This document shows, in pieces, positions 59,269-64,000 of a stretch of DNA of 64,000 nt. Source of the stretch: Clostridiales bacterium (GTDB lineage Bacteria; Bacillota; Clostridia; TANB77; CAG-508); assembly GCA_003525075.1 (NCBI GenBank), contig DQFO01000021.1:48255-112254 (forward strand), given 5' to 3'. The notes below the pieces were generated by a model. It was not told the origin of the DNA, made no database searches, and saw only the letters and a list, made by a program, of their open reading frames with translations. Numbering within the stretch: the stretch's first letter is position 1; each line of letters begins with the position of its first letter. The position numbers and the translations under genes were made by a program.

Positions 59269-59736
59269 ATGGATATAAGATATGCGGTAAGAGTATTTGC
59301 TTTTAAAGATAACAAGGTTGCCTGTATTAAATATAAGAATATTAACAAAGATTATTTTGATATACCTGGTGGAAAGATTGAAGATGGTGAAACTGAAATA
59401 CAGACTTGTATAAGAGAATTTAAAGAAGAAACCGGAATGGATATTAATGATTTAAAATGTATTGGAAATGTTGAAATTATATATCCAGGTAAAAATAAAA
59501 AATTTGTTATGAAAACATATATCGCAAATAAAGTGAATGGTAACCCATTGGATTTAGATGATAACTATGCTTATTGGTTACCTATAAATGAATTAACTAA
59601 GAATGAAAAAAGATTTGCAATAACTCATTTGTTAGATGATGATTTAATTAATTATTTTGAATCAGAGAAAATCAATATTTTATTTACTTGCGATGATAAT
59701 CATAATATTACTAATATGGAAATAAAGGAGGCATAA
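59269..59736 (+). CDS. NUDIX hydrolase
   Basis: Nudix box GGKIEDGETEIQTCIREFKEETG. AAGGAGG RBS. Confidence 0.8.
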   Translation: MDIRYAVRVFAFKDNKVACIKYKNINKDYFDIPGGKIEDGETEIQTCIREFKEETGMDINDLKCIGNVEIIYPGKNKKFVMKTYIANKVNGNPLDLDDNYAYWLPINELTKNEKRFAITHLLDDDLINYFESEKINILFTCDDNHNITNMEIKEA

Positions 59737-59737
59737 A

Positions 59738-60154
59738 ATGAATGCAAATTTGTGGACACAATTACTTATAGCAATAGTTCCTGCACTTATTACTGGTGTT
59801 GGAAGTTTAATAATTGCTATTAAGAAATGTAAGAATGAAATTAATACACTTGAAACTAATAATAAACACGAAATAGAAAAATTAATGAAACAACATAAAA
59901 TAGATATTGAAGCATTAAATGAAAAACATAGACTTGATATAGAAACTAAAGAAAAAGAACATCAATTAAAAATTGAAGAGATAAAAGTTCAAAATGAACA
60001 AGAAATATTAAAAAGAGAGAAAGAATTATCTAATTCTGCAATGTATTCAATGATGGGAGATGCAACTAAGGATTTATTTGCAGGAATATTTAACTCACCT
60101 GAATTTAAAGAAGAAATGAGTAAAAAAATTAAAGAAGGATTTAATAAGAAATAA
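59738..60154 (+). CDS. membrane-anchored coiled-coil protein, unknown function
   Basis: N-terminal TM followed by a Lys/Glu-rich heptad-like region. Start overlaps the NUDIX stop. Confidence 0.4.
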   Translation: MNANLWTQLLIAIVPALITGVGSLIIAIKKCKNEINTLETNNKHEIEKLMKQHKIDIEALNEKHRLDIETKEKEHQLKIEEIKVQNEQEILKREKELSNSAMYSMMGDATKDLFAGIFNSPEFKEEMSKKIKEGFNKK

Positions 60155-60172
60155 TTATTATGGAGATACAAA

Positions 60173-60817
60173 ATGGGATTTAATGAAAAGGAAAATTCCT
60201 TAGAATATTGGGATAATATACATAGTAAATATGAACGAAATGAAATAAAATTAGACGACTGGTTGGATAAGTTTGAAACTATAATAGATAGTTGCTCAAC
60301 TCCTATTTTGGATTTAGGGTGCGGAAGTGGTAATGATACTTTGTATTTAATTAACAAAAATAAACAAGTTATATCTTGTGATCAATCTAGCAATGCAATT
60401 AATAATATTAAAAAAAACTTTCCAGAAGTGTATGATACTAAGTGTTTTAATATGCTTGATGGAATGCCATTTGATAATAATTCGTTTGAACTAATAATTG
60501 CTGATTTATGTTTGCATTATTTTAAAGAAAAAGATACATTTGAATTATTAAATGAAATAAGACGCATTCTTACTGTTGGAGGACGCTTAATTTTTCAAGT
60601 TAATTCAGTAAATGATGTAAATCACGGTGCTGGTCAAGGTAATGAAATAGAACATCATTTATATGAAACATCGGATAAAAGATTAAAAAGATTTTTTGAT
60701 GAAAAAGACATTAAGTTTTTCTTTAAAGATTTTGATATCGAATATCTAAATGAAGAAATAATGACAAGATATAAATTAGAAAAAAGATTATATAGAGTTT
60801 GTGTTAGAAAAAAGTAA
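60173..60817 (+). CDS. class I SAM-dependent methyltransferase
   Basis: Motif I ILDLGCGSGNDTLYL. Post-I acidic residue (SCDQS). Motif II/III region LIIADLCLHY, RILTVGGRLIFQ. Confidence 0.75.
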   Translation: MGFNEKENSLEYWDNIHSKYERNEIKLDDWLDKFETIIDSCSTPILDLGCGSGNDTLYLINKNKQVISCDQSSNAINNIKKNFPEVYDTKCFNMLDGMPFDNNSFELIIADLCLHYFKEKDTFELLNEIRRILTVGGRLIFQVNSVNDVNHGAGQGNEIEHHLYETSDKRLKRFFDEKDIKFFFKDFDIEYLNEEIMTRYKLEKRLYRVCVRKK

Positions 60818-60900
60818 AGGGTATGGGAATTCCCATAGTAGAATTTATGCGGGAGTATAAATTCAGTGCTGGCTAGACACGACTTTTACTCCCATACTCT
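60818..60900. repeat. structured inverted-repeat element: a 16-bp perfect palindrome centred on GAATTC plus nested 7-10-bp inverted repeats
   Basis: tatgggaattcccata (60822-60837). gggagta (60851-57) pairs with tactccc (60887-93). gggtatggga pairs with tcccatactc. Confidence 0.6.
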
Positions 60901-60910
60901 AAAAAATATA

Positions 60911-60954
60911 AAAAGAGGATTAAATTATTTTGATAATTTTTTCCTCTTTTTTAA
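60911..60954. terminator. bidirectional terminator between the methyltransferase gene (+) and the 118-aa gene (-)
   Basis: 7-bp stem aagagga/tcctctt with a long loop, flanked by A and T runs. Confidence 0.4.
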
Positions 60955-60961
60955 AGATTAT

Positions 60962-61318
60962 TTACACAAAAACATATTCATTTAAGACAATTTCTTCAGC
61001 CATATTCTTGTAATTATTCATTAACTTTGTCCATTCTAATGGATTTAATTCTTTATTTTTTTCAGGCAATCTTTCATCATTTTTAATATAATCATCCATT
61101 AGTATTTTGTATAAACTTTCGCAAGAATCACTGACTAAAAGAAGATGATGAGTAAGTTTATTTGTCATTAAAAGTGTTTCATAAAGTGCTTGTTTATTTT
61201 GAGCAATAAAGTGTAATCTTGATATTCCATATTTGCCAATTCTTCCACATTCTTCATCCTTTTCTAAATATAAATTTGGTATTAAATAATCTCCTTGCCT
61301 TGTATATTTTATTTCCAT
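60962..61318 (-). CDS. hypothetical protein, co-oriented with and immediately downstream of the serine recombinase gene (candidate accessory/directionality factor)
   Basis: 25-bp gap to the recombinase stop. No recognisable family. Confidence 0.35.
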   Translation of the reverse strand: MEIKYTRQGDYLIPNLYLEKDEECGRIGKYGISRLHFIAQNKQALYETLLMTNKLTHHLLLVSDSCESLYKILMDDYIKNDERLPEKNKELNPLEWTKLMNNYKNMAEEIVLNEYVFV

Positions 61319-61343
61319 ATTTTTATCATTCCTTTCTTAATTT

Positions 61344-63125
61344 TTAAACATTTATTAGTTCAGTTTTTGGTATTAGAATTAAAGTATCAACTATATTATT
61401 GCCTTCAATATAGGGACAATTTATTATTCCATCTACATAGAAATGTTCTTTCATCAAGTCAAAATAATTGTTTAATTCTTCTTCGGTATATTGATTGTTT
61501 TCCATTTTTACTAATGACATAATTGTATAATCATTTTCTAATTCTAATAATTTTTCTTTATTAATTTGTTCTTTATAGGTTATGCCAATGTTGTTATCAG
61601 CCAGTAATTCATTTAAATAATCAATATAATCTTGTGTACTTTTTGAGATAAATTCTTCTGTAAATTTGATGCTTTTTATCTCAATATTGAATTTATTATC
61701 TCTTGTTATTTCTATTGAAGATATTAATCTATTAATTAATTCTTTTTGTGCTTTTCTATTTAAACTATCAAACAAATAAGTAAAACTTAAATTGTTTTTA
61801 AAGATAAAATCTCCATTATCTTCTTCATAATCTAACTTTTTAAGAAGTTCTACTGTGTATTCTTTAAAGTCATTATCTGGATCAAGAGTAGTTTTCTTTT
61901 TAGTTAGTTTATCAATTTCTTTTTTAATAACATCATTTTTATGATTAATTGTTTCTACATCTAAAGTAGAACTTAAATATAAATCTACTAATCTTTTTTC
62001 TTGAACTTTTAACTTTTCAATGGCTTTTTCTATTTCTTTTACTTCTTTACTTTTAGTAGAACTACAAGTAATTATTTCATTAGAATTATCATACATAAAT
62101 CTAGTTAATTCATTTAAAATTCTTTTTAATTTATCTTCAATTTTATCTGAATTATAATGATAACCATAGCCTTTGCAACTAGTATTTTTACATCTTAAAT
62201 GGTAGTAAACTTTGGTATTACCTTTATAAGTTTTAAATGATTCACTAGCAGCAAGTATCTCATTACATATTGGACATTTTACTAATCCTGCAAATAAATG
62301 AATATGCTCTCCGTAGTTTGGATGTTTATTCTTTTCTAGATTTGCTCTTGTCGTGTTCCAAGTATTTATATCAATGATTGACTCACAATAATTTTCAACT
62401 CTTAAAACATCTTGTGGCTTTCTTTTATACTTTCCATACTCAAATACACCAATATAAATAGAATTAGTTAGTATCTTATAAACTCTATCTGATGCCCATT
62501 TTCCTCGTTTTAAATAAGCGTTATTATCTTTCATAATGGTTGCAATATTTCTAGTTAATTGTCCTTTTTTACATAGTTCAAATATCTCTTTTACAACTTG
62601 TGCTTCAATAGGTTCTACTTCTAAATGACCAGTATCTTTATTTCTAATATAGCCATAAGGTGCCTTACTAGGGTGTATTTTTTCTAAAGCCATTTCTTCC
62701 ATAGCACGTTTAGTTCTCGCTCCAATTTCTTTTCTTTCACGTTGACCAAATACTAAATTCATACCAAATATCATTTCGCCATTAGCAGTAGATACATCGT
62801 AAGGTTCAAGTATTAATTCAATCTTAACATCGTGTTCTTCACAGTAATTAAGTAGCCAAAATCCATCATAGTTGTTTCTAGTTAATCTATCTACCTTTAT
62901 TGCAACTAACTTATCAATTTTCTTTGATTTAATATCTTTAAGTAGTCTTTGCATTTCAGGTCTCATTAAATCCTTTCCAGAATGCCCTGCGTCATTATAA
63001 ATATCTACTATATCATAATCATTCTTTTCACAATATTCTTTAATCATTCTAAGTTGTGAATCAATAGAATAACCATTATCTCTTTGGTCATCAGTAGACA
63101 CTCTTACATAAACTCCACATCTCAT
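61344..63125 (-). CDS. large serine recombinase (resolvase/invertase catalytic domain, recombinase domain and zinc-ribbon/coiled-coil C-terminus)
   Basis: The N-terminus CGVYVRVSTDDQRDNGYSIDSQ carries the catalytic Ser of the resolvase fold. VDRLTRN motif. Cys cluster CPICNE...CKNTSC. Length 593 aa. Confidence 0.85.
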   Translation of the reverse strand: MRCGVYVRVSTDDQRDNGYSIDSQLRMIKEYCEKNDYDIVDIYNDAGHSGKDLMRPEMQRLLKDIKSKKIDKLVAIKVDRLTRNNYDGFWLLNYCEEHDVKIELILEPYDVSTANGEMIFGMNLVFGQRERKEIGARTKRAMEEMALEKIHPSKAPYGYIRNKDTGHLEVEPIEAQVVKEIFELCKKGQLTRNIATIMKDNNAYLKRGKWASDRVYKILTNSIYIGVFEYGKYKRKPQDVLRVENYCESIIDINTWNTTRANLEKNKHPNYGEHIHLFAGLVKCPICNEILAASESFKTYKGNTKVYYHLRCKNTSCKGYGYHYNSDKIEDKLKRILNELTRFMYDNSNEIITCSSTKSKEVKEIEKAIEKLKVQEKRLVDLYLSSTLDVETINHKNDVIKKEIDKLTKKKTTLDPDNDFKEYTVELLKKLDYEEDNGDFIFKNNLSFTYLFDSLNRKAQKELINRLISSIEITRDNKFNIEIKSIKFTEEFISKSTQDYIDYLNELLADNNIGITYKEQINKEKLLELENDYTIMSLVKMENNQYTEEELNNYFDLMKEHFYVDGIINCPYIEGNNIVDTLILIPKTELINV

Positions 63126-63165
63126 AATTTTCCTCCTTTCCTTAAATTTTGAGAAATACTAAATA

Positions 63166-63313
63166 CCTCTCATATGTTTCCTCACTCAAACGCCAAAAGT
63201 AAACCCTAAATTTGAAAAAAATTTAATTTTTTTTAATATTTCTCATTAGTTTCTTCAAATAAAGTGGGTTTTACGAAGTCAAATTTAATATATTTCTCTA
63301 TATGTTTCCTCAC
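63166..63313. repeat. pair of ~14-18-bp direct repeats upstream of the recombinase gene
   Basis: atatgtttcctcac appears at 63172-63185 and again at 63300-63313. The flanking tctc extends the match. Confidence 0.7.
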
Positions 63314-63339
63314 AAATAAGCAAAATGTATAGTCTAAAA

Positions 63340-63618
63340 TTAAAATTTTTTCAAAAATTGTGCAATTTCTTTAAAATTATACTTTTTATTATGTTCTTTA
63401 ATATAAAAAGGCTTATTTGATATTTCATTAACTTTGTATTCAAGTATTGTAAGAGTAGTAGGATATGTAATCTGGTATTCAGTAGGTATTACTACTTGTA
63501 AGTTGGTGTGTAAAATAGTTTTAATTTGTCCTAATTTAACCTTATATTTAAATTCTTTTAAAATGTTGGTTAAATCTTTATTAGCTTTTAAATTTGCAAT
63601 TACTTTAAATTCAAGCAT
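63340..63618 (-). CDS. hypothetical small protein
   Basis: ORF only, no homology recognised. Confidence 0.3.
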   Translation of the reverse strand: MLEFKVIANLKANKDLTNILKEFKYKVKLGQIKTILHTNLQVVIPTEYQITYPTTLTILEYKVNEISNKPFYIKEHNKKYNFKEIAQFLKKF

Positions 63619-63709
63619 GAAAAAAGTCCTCCTTTCTAGAAAGAGAACTTTTAAAGTTTTATATAAAATAAAAACTCACGAACTTTTAAGTCCGTAAGTT
63701 GATTTCAAA

Positions 63710-63785
63710 TGGAGCTTACAACGGGAATCGAACCCGTGACCTCAGCCTTACCAAGGCTGCACTCTACCAACTGAGCTATGAAAGC
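63710..63785 (-). tRNA. tRNA-Thr (anticodon GGU), CCA encoded
   Basis: The reverse-complement folds as a cloverleaf. Acceptor GCTTTCA/TGTAAGC. Anticodon stem CAGCC/GGCTG with loop TTGGTAA. T-arm GGGTTCGATTCCC. Confidence 0.8.
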
Positions 63786-63894
63786 ATCTATTATGTATTA
63801 TACTATATCTTTTTTCTAATATCAATATATATTATATTATTATTTCATAAAAGCCAGTCAAAAGCTTTTGACTGACTTTTATAGTATTTCTTAT

Positions 63895-64000
63895 ATTATT
63901 GTTCAATTTGTTTTTTAAACAATGATTTAGCAATTTCACCTATACCAGATATTTCTGGTTCTTCATTATCATTACAAGCTTTTACTATTCCTATTATACT
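63895..64000 (-). CDS. C-terminal end of a gene whose 5' end lies beyond the window; product not identified
   Basis: Open minus-strand frame ending ...EIAKSLFKKQIEQ*, with stop at complement(63895..63897). Confidence 0.25.

Noticed and set aside
59130-59348. 72-aa minus-strand ORF overlapping the NUDIX gene start
   Set aside because: It overlaps a well-supported plus-strand gene and its RBS. Hydrophobic low-complexity sequence.
1-64000. CRISPR arrays, rRNA genes, prophage structural modules
   Set aside because: There are no regularly spaced direct repeats and no rRNA-like conserved segments. There are no capsid, terminase, tail or portal-like ORFs. The only mobile-element hallmark is the serine recombinase near tRNA-Thr.

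Overview
This is a very AT-rich chromosomal segment from a low-GC, spore-forming Firmicute, most likely Clostridium-like. An alpha/beta-type SASP, a SleB-family cortex-lytic enzyme and clostridial-type housekeeping genes support that placement. Almost everything is encoded on the minus strand.

Main regions (coordinates approximate):
- (i) 1-7383: a Tad/Flp-like secretion/pilus-assembly module. It contains a SAF-domain CpaB-like protein, two degenerate ParA/MinD-like proteins, a membrane-anchored CpaF-like ATPase, a fused GspF/TadBC-like platform protein and a truncated membrane protein.
- (ii) 7530-11299: a HAD hydrolase, sspA, and a cpsC/cpsD/cpsB-type chain-length regulator, tyrosine kinase and phosphatase trio.
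- (iii) 11335-14371: a membrane protein, a sortase and two sortase substrates. One ends in LAYTG. The other ends in LPKTG and carries a cohesin-like domain.
- (iv) 14538-17860: an AbiL-like defence pair (AAA_21 ATPase plus RloB-family protein) and a protein with a C-terminal HEPN-type Rx4H motif.
- (v) 17891-44284: about 26 kb of cell-surface polysaccharide genes that look like two back-to-back gene sets. They include a dockerin-bearing GH39/PslG-like glycosidase, two Wzx flippases, a Wzy/EpsG-like polymerase, two pyruvyl-transferase/FrhB-like ferredoxin pairs, several GT2 and GT4 transferases, an acyltransferase-3, two PF02397 initiating sugar transferases, VanZ and LCP proteins, a TagF-like glycerophosphotransferase fused to a Wzy_C-like domain, and a PglF/PglE-like dehydratase/aminotransferase pair.
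- (vi) 44481-44830: tmRNA (ssrA) with its promoter.
- (vii) 45121-58736: core genes (listed under features).
- (viii) 58943-63785: a likely small integrated element next to tRNA-Thr(GGU). It has a large serine recombinase with upstream direct repeats and carries a NUDIX, coiled-coil-protein and SAM-methyltransferase cassette. It also contains a structured inverted-repeat element and a frameshifted Ada-like zinc-ribbon ORF.

No CRISPR array, no rRNA and no phage structural genes were seen.

The most interesting candidates are:
- a sortase-anchored cohesin paired with a dockerin-tagged EPS hydrolase;
- the AbiL-like pair plus HEPN-like protein sitting inside the polysaccharide locus;
- the atypical Tad-like module;
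- the TagF-Wzy_C fusion.
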